Below, piece by piece: positions 17,744-26,601 of a stretch of DNA of 60,324 nucleotides. Each line of letters begins with the position of its first letter. Positions within the stretch are counted from its first letter, which is position 1. The translations under genes were made by a program, and so were the position numbers. The notes under the pieces were generated by a model. That model ran no database searches. It was not told the DNA's origin and worked only from the letters and a program-made list of their open reading frames with translations. The stretch is taken from sequence record OQ267593.1; one strand, 5' to 3'. Source of the DNA: Klebsiella phage phi_KPN_H2.

Positions 17744-18039
17744 TACCAGCCACCTTTCTTTAAAAGAATACGTTTAGTTTCAGGGTGAGGATGACGGTAG
17801 TTAACCAGTTGTTCCGGCATACTCATAAATTTATTGTTTTTATCTTTGACCGTGACAAAACAGGAATGAACACCAAACGCACCAGTGTTGATTGTTTCGT
17901 CGTATTCGTGGAGAAGTTCGGCCATTTTTTCCTGCCACTCTTTTGGCATCTGCATCATAGCCACACGGGGCATAACAACAAACGCCGCATAAGATAAACC
18001 GAACCACCCGTGCAGGTCTTTTCGATCGTCATATTCCAT
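17743..18039 (-). CDS. hypothetical protein
   Basis: Track ORF 17743..18111 begins inside the conserved promoter. Start moved to the Met at 18039, which has an AAAGG SD. Confidence 0.45.
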   Translation of the reverse strand: MEYDDRKDLHGWFGLSYAAFVVMPRVAMMQMPKEWQEKMAELLHEYDETINTGAFGVHSCFVTVKDKNNKFMSMPEQLVNYRHPHPETKRILLKKGGW

Positions 18040-18101
18040 CGCCTTTACCTTTTCAGTTAAGCACCCGTTATTGGGTGTGATAACTATACCTTCCTGTCTG
18101 C

Positions 18102-18124
18102 AATCCGTCAAGAATTATTTTAAA
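18102..18124 (-). promoter_or_regulatory. conserved promoter element copy 7 (minus orientation)
   Basis: GCAATCCGTCAAGAATTATTTTAAA; drives leftward cassette 3. Confidence 0.6.
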
Positions 18125-18420
18125 TCTTCTTTCATCTTACCAAACTGGTAAGCCGTAACTCAGCGTCATAGATGACATAGATAGTATGAAAGAGTTATAC
18201 AGATCTGGTAAGCCGTAACATAGATTGCATAGTTTGCGCATACTTATTTTTAACAAATTTATCTTCTAACTTACTGTTTTTATTATCTTTTACATATTTA
18301 TCATAGATAGTATAGATTTATATAAGAATTATAAAAGTAAGGTAAGTAAGGGTTAGTAGGGTAAGATCTAAAAGATAAGGAAAACAGCATGAAATGTATG
18401 ATACTATGCACCCGTGGTTA
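18125..18420. repeat. second AT-rich non-coding region sharing CTGGTAAGCCGTAAC (x2) and CATAGAT motifs with 1500-1760
   Basis: CTGGTAAGCCGTAAC at about 18137 and about 18207; CATAGATGACATAGATAG and ATCATAGATAGTATAGAT; GGTAAG-rich stretch at 18340-18370. Confidence 0.7.
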
Positions 18421-18439
18421 ACTCGCGAGGAAACACCCA

Positions 18440-18850
18440 ATGATCGAAGTTAAAGTTAACAAGGTCGATCCACAGTTACGGATGGTTTTCGGCTGGGGTT
18501 CGATTTGTAAAAAACGGAATCAGGAAACGGGTCAGTTAGAAATTTACACTGACACCGATAACGAACAATTCCCTGAAGATGTAACGTTAAAAGCATGGCT
18601 GGATTTCATGAACGGCGATCAGCGGATCATGGATAACATGCATAACGAGCAACCCGTGGGCAAAGTGGTGTTCGCTTTTCCGATGACCGAAGATATCGCT
18701 GCAAGTTTTGGACTGGTTGAAAAACTGGATCAAACAGGCGTTATTGTTGGTACGCTGATCACCGACGATGACATTCTGAAAAAATTTCAGTCTGGCGAAT
18801 ATACCGGGTATAGTATCGGTGGAACTGCTTACTATGAGGACGTTGAATAA
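18440..18850 (+). CDS. head-assembly protein (possibly a prohead protease-related or decoration domain), hypothetical
   Basis: First gene after the second AT-rich repeat region. Coupled (TAATG) to the scaffold-like gene. Confidence 0.35.
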   Translation: MIEVKVNKVDPQLRMVFGWGSICKKRNQETGQLEIYTDTDNEQFPEDVTLKAWLDFMNGDQRIMDNMHNEQPVGKVVFAFPMTEDIAASFGLVEKLDQTGVIVGTLITDDDILKKFQSGEYTGYSIGGTAYYEDVE

Positions 18851-20106
18851 TGCGTACTGATGGCACTAACCATTTACGCCGGGCGCGGTCAATGAAAATT
18901 GGCTTTCTGTCCGGTGTGACCAAACCAGCGCATGAAGGCGCAAACGCCCTTATGCTTAAATCCCACGGTGAAACACCCGGCGAAGCCCTGCTGAAGTCTG
19001 CGTTTAGTGCGGCGCTTGCTGAACAGCAGCTGGAACAGCAGGTGAACCAGTTTCTTTCTAACTCATGGGTGCTTAATGAAGCGCTTCGCGAGTCAGCAGA
19101 GGATATTGCAAAAGACGATTCAGTTACTGATAAACAAGCAGCATTGCGTGACGCAGTAAATGAATATATTATAACAATGCAGCAGGCCGCTGGTATTTCG
19201 CTTAATAAAGCGAATGGTGGTAAAACAGAAGGTGGTGAAGTATTCCCGGCATCCGATTACGCTTATGTACCGGACTCGGAAAAACCTTCAACCTGGAAAC
19301 TTCGTTTAACCTCCACGCCCGGCGGAAAACCTGATTCACGTATTGTCGGTGCTGCACTGGCTGCATTAGGTCCAGGGTATCGCGGTAATAAGGTTGAAAT
19401 CCCTGAAGCTGATTTAGCAGGTGTGAAAAGTAAGGTTCGGGCCGCGTGGAAAGAATTGCACCCGGATCAAGAAATCCCCCAGGTTTTAAAAACGGCAGAG
19501 GAAATTGAAATGTCCGAACTGGAAAAATACAAAGCTCTGGCTGAGATGAGCGATACCCACAAGGCGTATCATGACGCTCTGCCTGAAACCGATCAGGAAG
19601 CGTTCCGTAAAATGGACGCAACCGCCCGTGACGCTCTGGTAGTTATGGCGAAACAGGCTGACGAATCTTTCACTACCGTAGCTGGTCAGGAAGTGAAAAA
19701 ATCCGTAGCTGGCGCGATGTATGACGTTCTGAAAACTCAGGACGAACAGATCCGCAAAGCACAAACCGAAGCGGCACTGGCGAAAGCTAAAGAAGTAGTG
19801 AATACCGACTATGCGCATATTCCGGGCGAAGTTGTTCAGAAAACCGCTATGGTTATGGCGCTGGATAAACTGCCGGAAGCAGATCGCAATTTCCTGGTAG
19901 AAAAACTGAAACAGGCCGATACCCTGTGGAAAGAGCGTAAAACGCCTGCCGCACCGAACGGTGGTAAAGGTTCTACTGCGTTTGAAGATCTGATCAGCGA
20001 ATACATGAAGAATAACCCAGGCAAAACCCGTGCACAGGCTATGCAAGCTGTTGCATCGACCAAAAAAGGCCAGGAAGTGATCGAAACCATGCGAGGTGAT
20101 GAATAA
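18850..20106 (+). CDS. scaffolding-like protein (A/E/K/Q-rich, predicted coiled coil)
   Basis: 418 aa with low-complexity helical composition, immediately upstream of the capsid genes. Confidence 0.5.
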   Translation: MRTDGTNHLRRARSMKIGFLSGVTKPAHEGANALMLKSHGETPGEALLKSAFSAALAEQQLEQQVNQFLSNSWVLNEALRESAEDIAKDDSVTDKQAALRDAVNEYIITMQQAAGISLNKANGGKTEGGEVFPASDYAYVPDSEKPSTWKLRLTSTPGGKPDSRIVGAALAALGPGYRGNKVEIPEADLAGVKSKVRAAWKELHPDQEIPQVLKTAEEIEMSELEKYKALAEMSDTHKAYHDALPETDQEAFRKMDATARDALVVMAKQADESFTTVAGQEVKKSVAGAMYDVLKTQDEQIRKAQTEAALAKAKEVVNTDYAHIPGEVVQKTAMVMALDKLPEADRNFLVEKLKQADTLWKERKTPAAPNGGKGSTAFEDLISEYMKNNPGKTRAQAMQAVASTKKGQEVIETMRGDE

Positions 20107-20513
20107 TGGCTACTAACAGCAAAATCTACTGGAACTACGAGCGCCCGACCCGTGCTGTTGCCAGCGTAGCGATCGCTGCTGGTGTTGGTCTGGTGCTTGA
20201 TACCAGTCTGGGCGACACCAACGCGTGCGTACCGAAATATAAACTTCCTGATGCTGGCGGTCGTATCGACGGTGTAGCACTGGACGATGTAGCGGCTAAT
20301 CAGTTCTTTGATCTGGTTAACGAAAAAGAAAAATTCGTTCCGGTTAAAGCGGCTGCGGCTTTCGGTGTCGGTGTTGAACTCGCAGTAACTGCCGCTGGTA
20401 AATTCCAGACTGCAACCACGGGTCAACTGGTCGTGGCAATTTCCCAGACCCAGGCCACCGCTGCGGATCAGGTTGTTACGGCTTTAGTCCGTGCGCCATA
20501 CGCTAAAGCATAA
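20106..20513 (+). CDS. head protein (possibly decoration/cement), hypothetical
   Basis: 135 aa, lying between the scaffold and the major capsid protein gene. Confidence 0.4.
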   Translation: MATNSKIYWNYERPTRAVASVAIAAGVGLVLDTSLGDTNACVPKYKLPDAGGRIDGVALDDVAANQFFDLVNEKEKFVPVKAAAAFGVGVELAVTAAGKFQTATTGQLVVAISQTQATAADQVVTALVRAPYAKA

Positions 20514-20528
20514 TCAGGAGCAAATCAG

Positions 20529-21548
20529 ATGAGCTATAAACAGAATTTCCGCGACGTTGGCGCCCCGGATCTATTCCTGTCCAACTTTTCAGTAGCCTAC
20601 TGGCAAGATACCTCTCGCTTTGTCGGTACTCGTTATTTTCCAGTAGTTCCGGTAACTCAGGCTGCAGGTAAGTATCTTACCTACCCGAAAGGTTATTTCG
20701 GTCGCCCGGTAAACTCGAAACGTGCTGAAGATGGTGTTGCTAACACGATCGGTTATAAAACCAAAAACCAGGGCTACACCGTCGATGACGATGCGATCCG
20801 TATTTTTATCTCTGATAAAAAACGTGCGAACGTCGCAAACGGTCAACAACTGGATATGGAAGCAACCGGTGTCGTTACCGACGCGCTGCTGATCAATAAA
20901 GAGATCGATTTCGTATCTAAGTTCCTGGTGCCTGGCAAGTGGGCTACCGATTATCAGGGTGTTGATGCAACACCGACTGGTAACCAGTTCCTGAAATGGT
21001 CTAACGCCAACTCTGATCCGATCGGTGATATCCTGTCACATCGTGTGGCGTTCTCTCTGGCTACTGGCGGTCGCCGCTGGAACAAGGCGCTGATGACGCT
21101 GGATGTGTACGATGCGCTGACCCGTAACCCGTCTGTAATTGACCGCATCAACGGCGCGTCAACCAGCCAGAATCCGGGTATTGTGACCCAACAGGCGCTT
21201 GCAGCACTGCTGGAAGTTGACGAAATCGAAATCATGCAATCCGTGGTTAACATGGCTGCTGACGGTCTGGAAGATGCCGAAGGTAACCCGCTGTCCGACT
21301 TCCAGTTTGCGGCAGAAGGTGTACTGATGCTGAACTACGTCGAACCGACCGTAGGTAACATGAAACCGATTTCGGCTGTAACCTTTGCCTGGAATGAGTT
21401 TGCAAGTCTGGGTATTGATAATGGCCCGTCTATCCGTACTTATCCGGGTGTTGAAGGTCGTCGCGGTAACTTTGTTGAAGCAGAGTTTGCGATCGATACT
21501 GAAATGGTTGCACCGGATATGGGTATTCTGTTCTACGACGCTGTTTAA
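20529..21548 (+). CDS. major capsid protein (HK97-fold, putative)
   Basis: 339 aa at the canonical position. Followed by a terminator hairpin at 21571-21598. Confidence 0.65.
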   Translation: MSYKQNFRDVGAPDLFLSNFSVAYWQDTSRFVGTRYFPVVPVTQAAGKYLTYPKGYFGRPVNSKRAEDGVANTIGYKTKNQGYTVDDDAIRIFISDKKRANVANGQQLDMEATGVVTDALLINKEIDFVSKFLVPGKWATDYQGVDATPTGNQFLKWSNANSDPIGDILSHRVAFSLATGGRRWNKALMTLDVYDALTRNPSVIDRINGASTSQNPGIVTQQALAALLEVDEIEIMQSVVNMAADGLEDAEGNPLSDFQFAAEGVLMLNYVEPTVGNMKPISAVTFAWNEFASLGIDNGPSIRTYPGVEGRRGNFVEAEFAIDTEMVAPDMGILFYDAV

Positions 21549-21570
21549 CAGTCTGCCGTAATCACAAAGG

Positions 21571-21598
21571 GGTGGCTAACGCTGCCCCTTTTGCTTAT
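21571..21598 (+). terminator. terminator-like hairpin after the major capsid gene (AAGGGG...CCCCTTTT)
   Basis: Stem plus a short T-run. Probably a partial terminator. Confidence 0.4.
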
Positions 21599-21610
21599 GT
21601 GAGGTTTATC

Positions 21611-22057
21611 ATGAAAAAGAACGAATTTGATCCGTCAGCCACATATCGGTTTACACGCCCTATGAAATGGAACGGTAAATATGTTGGTACGGGCACTTTA
21701 TTACCCGAAGATGGTACACCGATCGGAATCCTGCGTTCCCTGTTTAAGATGCGTCAGATTGAACTGGCTGACGGTTCCGAACCGGAACAGCAACCGGAAC
21801 AGCAACCGGAACAGCAACCGGAACAGCAACCGGAACAGCAACCGGAACAGCAACCGGAACAGCAACCGGAACAGCAACCGGAACAGCAACCGGAACAGCA
21901 ACCGGAACAGCCTGGCGCAGTAGCTGAAATCCGTAATGAAGGTTCTGGCTGGTACAACGTCTACATGGGCGGGATGCTGATCAGCGAGAAGAAATTACGT
22001 AAAGATGACGCTGAAAAATGGTGTGAAGAAAAAGGTTTGACTTACAATATTTCTTAA
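21611..22057 (+). CDS. protein with an (EQQP)n repeat linker, hypothetical head-associated
   Basis: ATG at 21611 has a GAGG SD. Contains 10.75 tandem copies of CCGGAACAGCAA at 21783-21911. Confidence 0.5.
   Translation: MKKNEFDPSATYRFTRPMKWNGKYVGTGTLLPEDGTPIGILRSLFKMRQIELADGSEPEQQPEQQPEQQPEQQPEQQPEQQPEQQPEQQPEQQPEQQPEQPGAVAEIRNEGSGWYNVYMGGMLISEKKLRKDDAEKWCEEKGLTYNIS
21783..21911 (+). repeat. 12-bp tandem repeat (CCGGAACAGCAA) x 10.75 encoding (PEQQ)n
   Basis: Counted directly in the sequence. Confidence 0.9.
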
Positions 22058-22368
22058 CGTATTGTTAGTTCAAGGCGACGGTGATTAGATAGAACTGCAT
22101 AGCAGACGCTGTTGAAAACCCTAGCCTTTATAGTCCAGACGATATCTGAGTGACTTAAAAAACAGATGGGAGTCGGTGGAATCCCGGCACACAACAGGTT
22201 AGAGCATTGAGCCGATAATCGTGAAGAGTCGGCGTGCCTGGTTAGCCAGTGCTCTTTCCGTTGTGGTGAAGTATAAGATGGCAGTGCTGATGAATCGGGG
22301 ACATCAAAACCCTTGATCCGGGTCTTATGGGGACGGAAACAACGCGACTTCAGCCACCACAACACCCC

Positions 22369-22456
22369 GGATAGTTGGCTGAGAGGCCGAAAGCGATCGG
22401 TTGCTAACCGATAGATCGGAAACGGTCCACAGGTTCGAATCCTGTACTATCCGCCA
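22369..22456 (+). tRNA. tRNA-Ser (anticodon GCU), class II with a long variable arm, CCA encoded
   Basis: Hand-folded: acceptor GGATAGT / ACTATCC; D-stem GCT / AGC; anticodon stem ATCGG / CCGAT with loop TTGCTAA (U33-GCU-A37); variable-arm hairpin GATCG-GAAA-CGGTC; T-arm ACAGG-TTCGAAT-CCTGT; discriminator G followed by CCA. Confidence 0.8.
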
Positions 22457-22585
22457 AATTATGCGAATCACACCGACGGGAGGTGATCGCTATCTTGCTG
22501 GCGGGCAAGCCGCAAAGCGTGGGTAAAGCACGTTGTGAAACGTCCTGAACTGCGTAAAGAATTAACCCAGAGCCAAGCAATCGTT

Positions 22586-22613
22586 AGCCGTCTGTTTAAG
22601 ACGGCTTTTTTTC
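22586..22613 (+). terminator. rho-independent terminator AGCCGTCT-GTTTA-AGACGGCTTTTTTT
   Basis: Perfect 8-bp stem plus T7, downstream of tRNA-Ser. Confidence 0.7.
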
Positions 22614-22652
22614 GTGCTAAAATAATGAAAACTATTCTATACAGGTGACCAC

Positions 22653-23063
22653 ATGGCAATCACAGTTGATGGTATCCGCAATTTAATTAACGTTCCTGAT
22701 ATCAGTGATGAAACAATTCAGTGGTACATCGATAACGGATATACTAACCCGTTAAGCATCTGTATCGCCCTTTGTGATTACATGGCTTCACTGGTCAGTA
22801 ACGATACTGATATTAAAGTTGGCCCTATCTCACTTTCTGGTAGTGATGCAGCCAAAGCATGGAACCTGCTTAAAAAAGATTTCATTTTACGTTTGAATAC
22901 TGGAACGGATCCGGGTGGTTCAGGGTTTGGTTTAGGGTTCGGCGTGGGTGGTATTACATTGACTGGTCAGGGTATGCCACCTGCTATTCAACGCGGGCAG
23001 TTCGATAACCCGCCGATTACGCTGGAGAATAGCAGTACGCGTATCAACGAAGGTGAACAGTAA
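22653..23063 (+). CDS. head-tail connector / head completion protein (putative)
   Basis: 136 aa; first of four small neck genes with overlapping stops and starts. Confidence 0.4.
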   Translation: MAITVDGIRNLINVPDISDETIQWYIDNGYTNPLSICIALCDYMASLVSNDTDIKVGPISLSGSDAAKAWNLLKKDFILRLNTGTDPGGSGFGLGFGVGGITLTGQGMPPAIQRGQFDNPPITLENSSTRINEGEQ

Positions 23064-23437
23064 TGTCTGATCAACGTAGCCGTGTTTTAGCAGGTGTGAC
23101 TCGTGCACTCGCAGAAGTGGGTGAAGATCTGACTGTATCACGTACTGTAACCACACCAAACCCCAGCAACCCTACGTTACCCGGTGTAACAGAAACCACG
23201 GTTCATAGTTGCCGTGGTTATGTTTACCCGCTTGAAAAATGGGATCCATCGACCATGACACGTAATACAGTGACAATGGTTATTATGGACACGAAATCAT
23301 TTGATCCACCTTTTGTCCCAGAGCGTGGCGATGTTGTGACTGATGGTCGTGGTCGTGAATATCGACTGTTAGATCGTCAAAACCCACGATTACTGGGTGA
23401 CGATATGGCGTTTATCCATCCTACAGGTGCTGCATAA
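23063..23437 (+). CDS. neck protein (putative)
   Basis: 124 aa, ATGA-coupled to the preceding gene. Confidence 0.4.
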   Translation: MSDQRSRVLAGVTRALAEVGEDLTVSRTVTTPNPSNPTLPGVTETTVHSCRGYVYPLEKWDPSTMTRNTVTMVIMDTKSFDPPFVPERGDVVTDGRGREYRLLDRQNPRLLGDDMAFIHPTGAA

Positions 23438-23865
23438 TGGCACGTAACGTTAATGATATAAATCGGATCACTGGTGTCTTTAAAGACATAAAAGCTGATT
23501 TACAGGATTTCACGAATCGTGAAGTGATCCGATATGTTTTAACGTTACGTAATATTTTAATCAGTGAACCACCTACAGGTACACCAGTAGACACAGGATG
23601 GGCATCAAATAACTGGTGGTTCGATCAAGGTCAGCCAGCTAACAGCCCATCAACTTCATCTGGTGATGTGGCAACCAGTAAAGCGCGAATTGAACAGGAC
23701 ACTATAACGATCAGCAGTATTGTTGTTAATGGTCAATCGCTGCATATAACGAATAACGTTCCTTATATTGGTATTCTGAATAGTGGTAGTAGTTTACAAA
23801 CACCATCAGGATTTGTAGATCGTGCTATTTTAACAGCCGGAATTATGGTGAGGTTCAATCAATGA
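23437..23865 (+). CDS. neck / tail completion protein (putative)
   Basis: 142 aa. Confidence 0.4.
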   Translation: MARNVNDINRITGVFKDIKADLQDFTNREVIRYVLTLRNILISEPPTGTPVDTGWASNNWWFDQGQPANSPSTSSGDVATSKARIEQDTITISSIVVNGQSLHITNNVPYIGILNSGSSLQTPSGFVDRAILTAGIMVRFNQ

Positions 23866-24284
23866 ATATCTCTGATGTATCCGGGGTTGTTTATAATCGT
23901 GTTCTGGATAATCTCCCCGTGGAGATAACACCAGATCGCTTTACGATTGCGTCTGGTAATCTTCCTGACGATACAACAGGGAAACCCGGACTTATTTTAA
24001 CGCATAACCCCGGCCCGTGGGCGATTACAACCCTGGGTGGGGAGGGTGTTTGTCGTCGGCGTTTACGTACCGGAAATGTGTTTTTACAGGTGCGTACTCC
24101 TGCACAATACGGAATGGATACGTTAAGTCTTGATATTGCTGACCGACTGGCGCGTTTGTTTGAGGGGATCTGGCAGGATCGCCCGTTACTTTATACAGGT
24201 GTTGATGTAAGATATGTGGGACGTGATAATGCCTGGTTCCTCGCGAATACGGTTATCACTTATGAATTTGAAGAAGTCTATTAG
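23862..24284 (+). CDS. tail terminator / completion protein (putative)
   Basis: 140 aa, immediately upstream of the major tail protein gene. Confidence 0.4.
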   Translation: MNISDVSGVVYNRVLDNLPVEITPDRFTIASGNLPDDTTGKPGLILTHNPGPWAITTLGGEGVCRRRLRTGNVFLQVRTPAQYGMDTLSLDIADRLARLFEGIWQDRPLLYTGVDVRYVGRDNAWFLANTVITYEFEEVY

Positions 24285-24300
24285 CGAATGAGGAACCAAA

Positions 24301-25758
24301 ATGGCTGAGTCAATTTTTAACTGTAATCAGGCCAGCGCTGCAGACGTTAACGCAACCCGTCTTTCTGTGGCTAAAGTCTGTGAACCTGTCAGCGGTACAC
24401 CCTGGACTGTACAGCAACCTAACGAAATCAGTTCATACTCTGCTGACATTACCAAAACTCAACGTACCCCGATTAGCACTGACCGATCCGCGCGGAAAGG
24501 CACTGTAACCAACATTGAAGTTGCACCAGGCTTTCAGACTGATATCACTCTGGATACGTTCCGTTACTGGGGTGATGGTTTTCTTTACAGCCGCTGGATG
24601 GGTGCCGGGGCTATCGATATTGATGTAATCAGCGTTGATAGCGACAGTTACACCGTTGCGACAATGGCAAGCGCATTGCCAGCCGGAACATTGGTTTATG
24701 CTGCTGGGTTTATGATGGCTGCAAATAACGGTCTGAAAACGGTTGGTTCCGGCAGTACCACTACTGATATTAACGTGACTGGTCTGGTAGCTGAGGCATC
24801 CCCGCCAGCTACTGCACGTTTATACGTGGTAGGTACAGTCGCTGCTGCAGGTGACATTGCGGTAAACGCCAATGGTCAGATCACATCAACCACGCTGGAT
24901 TTTACCACGCTGGGATTGATTCCGGGTCAGTACATTTACATTGATGGTTTCACCCAGACCGTTACCAGTAAGTTAGCGCGGGTTGTTTCGGTAACAGATC
25001 ATGTGCTTACTCTGGCAAGCAGTGAGTTTGTAACCGAAGTCGGTACAGGGAAAACCGTTAGCATTTACGTATCCAGTTTTGTGCGTAACGTTCCGGTTGA
25101 TTCACCGGATTTCGTGAAAACTGAATACACGATGGAAGCGCGTTATAACACCGAACCGGAAATTTACGAATATGCCCGTGGTGTCAGCGCTAACCAGATG
25201 ACCATCAACGCGCCATTGACTGAAAAAATGACAATGGATCTAACGTTTGTAGCACAGGATTTGTCAGAACCTGTTGATACACCGTTACCGGGTTCAGGTT
25301 ATTATGATTTCGTTGAAAACGAAGCGTATAACACTGTTACTAACCTCAATCGTGTTCGCCTGACTGGGATCGATGAAAGTGGTCTTTCAACATATCTGAA
25401 AGACACCACCATCACGATCAACAACAACGTGTCAGGTGAAAATACGCTGGGCCGCATGGGTGCCACGTTTACTAACCTGGGTAACCTGGAAGTCACCATT
25501 GATACTGAAGCAGTCATGACTGATGGCGCGGTGCTTGCGGCGATCCGTAACAACACTACCGTTACGTTTGAACTGGCTGGCGTTAATGGTGATGGTGCAT
25601 TTGTGGTTAACATTCCTGCTATGACGCTGGGTGATGGTTCTAAGAACCTGGCAACGGGTGAGAAGGTTAAAGTGACCGTATCAGGAACCGCGCATGAGGA
25701 AGCGGGTCTGGACTTTATGGTAGGTTTCAGTTTGTTCCCGTATCTGCCAACTCTGTAA
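24301..25758 (+). CDS. major tail protein (large, with C-terminal Ig-like region)
   Basis: 485-aa T/S/G/V-rich protein at the canonical position. Followed by the terminator at 25766-25793. Confidence 0.6.
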   Translation: MAESIFNCNQASAADVNATRLSVAKVCEPVSGTPWTVQQPNEISSYSADITKTQRTPISTDRSARKGTVTNIEVAPGFQTDITLDTFRYWGDGFLYSRWMGAGAIDIDVISVDSDSYTVATMASALPAGTLVYAAGFMMAANNGLKTVGSGSTTTDINVTGLVAEASPPATARLYVVGTVAAAGDIAVNANGQITSTTLDFTTLGLIPGQYIYIDGFTQTVTSKLARVVSVTDHVLTLASSEFVTEVGTGKTVSIYVSSFVRNVPVDSPDFVKTEYTMEARYNTEPEIYEYARGVSANQMTINAPLTEKMTMDLTFVAQDLSEPVDTPLPGSGYYDFVENEAYNTVTNLNRVRLTGIDESGLSTYLKDTTITINNNVSGENTLGRMGATFTNLGNLEVTIDTEAVMTDGAVLAAIRNNTTVTFELAGVNGDGAFVVNIPAMTLGDGSKNLATGEKVKVTVSGTAHEEAGLDFMVGFSLFPYLPTL

Positions 25759-25765
25759 AAGAACT

Positions 25766-25793
25766 GCCCCGGACTAACCGGGGCTTTATCTTC
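25766..25793 (+). terminator. rho-independent terminator after the major tail protein gene (GCCCCGG-ACTAA-CCGGGGC TTTATCTT)
   Basis: 7-bp GC stem followed by a U-rich tail. Confidence 0.55.
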
Positions 25794-25856
25794 ACTTGCG
25801 TAATTCGTACAGAACTATTACTATTTACCTGTCATCTAACATAACAGGTAAACATC

Positions 25857-26279
25857 ATGTCCAAGTTTGATCATCTTAAAAAAGCACTTTCACCGCTGAT
25901 CCTGAAAGCATCTGCCGAACTGATTCTGAACGAAAATTTCAAAATCACCGTGCTGAACCTGAACACCACTAATCAGGTGTATAACGCCGCAGTTGCGGAG
26001 TATATGAAAGGTCGCGCAGCGCTTCCTGAAGATTTCTTTGAGCGTCTCTGGAAACAGGAATACTTCCCACAGGGGGTTGAATTCGTTGCTAACGTCCTGA
26101 TGCTGGATTGGGTGTTATTATCAGAAGATGACACACCTGAACCGTTCAGCCCGGAAGAAGCGATCGAACTGATGAGCGATGATCGTTTCGGTCCGTCTAT
26201 CTACGCCCGCGTGGTTCAGTTCTCGATTAACTCCGCGATGTTTAAAGACGACTGGGAGAAACAGATCACAAAAAACTAA
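25857..26279 (+). CDS. tail assembly chaperone (gpG-like)
   Basis: 140 aa directly upstream of the tape measure gene. Ends in the slippery heptamer A_AAA_AAC. Confidence 0.65.
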   Translation: MSKFDHLKKALSPLILKASAELILNENFKITVLNLNTTNQVYNAAVAEYMKGRAALPEDFFERLWKQEYFPQGVEFVANVLMLDWVLLSEDDTPEPFSPEEAIELMSDDRFGPSIYARVVQFSINSAMFKDDWEKQITKN

Positions 26280-26545
26280 TTGACTTCCTCCAGTGGAACC
26301 GAAAAACAGACGGTGATGATCTGGACTGGGTTGCACAGGGGGCTGCGGCGCGTGGTAAGGCTGTTCCGGCAGTAGTTCAGAATCGTCCCGTGTTGCGTCC
26401 TGACGCGATATTTTACTGGAATGCTTACCTTGACCTGATGACGGCTGAATGGGGTAACTGTGAGCGTTATGCACGGTGTTATAACGTTGATGTTCAGTTC
26501 CTGTGGTCATTACTGATTAAATTACGCGCTGTTGGGTCAAAGTAG
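25857..26545 (+). CDS. tail assembly chaperone -1 frameshift fusion product (gpGT-like)
   Basis: A_AAA_AAC at 26270-26276 is followed by a 270-nt open -1 frame (no ATG) ending in TAG at 26543-26545. Confidence 0.55.
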
Positions 26546-26601
26546 TCACGGGGTCACGGTTGAGTTAAACTATTCGTATCAACGTTTCAGGAGGTTTGAC
26601 C

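Noticed and set aside
19202-20426. Long minus-strand ORFs (139, 186, 196 aa) inside the scaffold and decoration genes, plus similar antisense ORFs inside terL (8730..9190), the tape measure gene (26742..27176) and the tail fiber gene (34016..35947)
   Set aside because: They are antisense shadows within long, compositionally biased genes. They have no starts with SDs and no coupling.
21681-21957. Three overlapping track ORFs (both strands) across the 12-bp tandem repeat
   Set aside because: They are alternative-frame readings of the CCGGAACAGCAA array. Only the frame giving (PEQQ)n, which is continuous with the flanking protein, is coding.
22140-22210. Possible second tRNA (GGCACAC...GCGTGCC pairing) upstream of tRNA-Ser
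   Set aside because: The candidate acceptor arms are only about 53 nt apart and no T-loop consensus is present, so this is not a tRNA.
22054-22365. Minus-strand ORF (103 aa) upstream of the tRNA
   Set aside because: It has no RBS, is antisense in a rightward late region, and its composition is not protein-like. The region is better explained as non-coding leader sequence for the tRNA.
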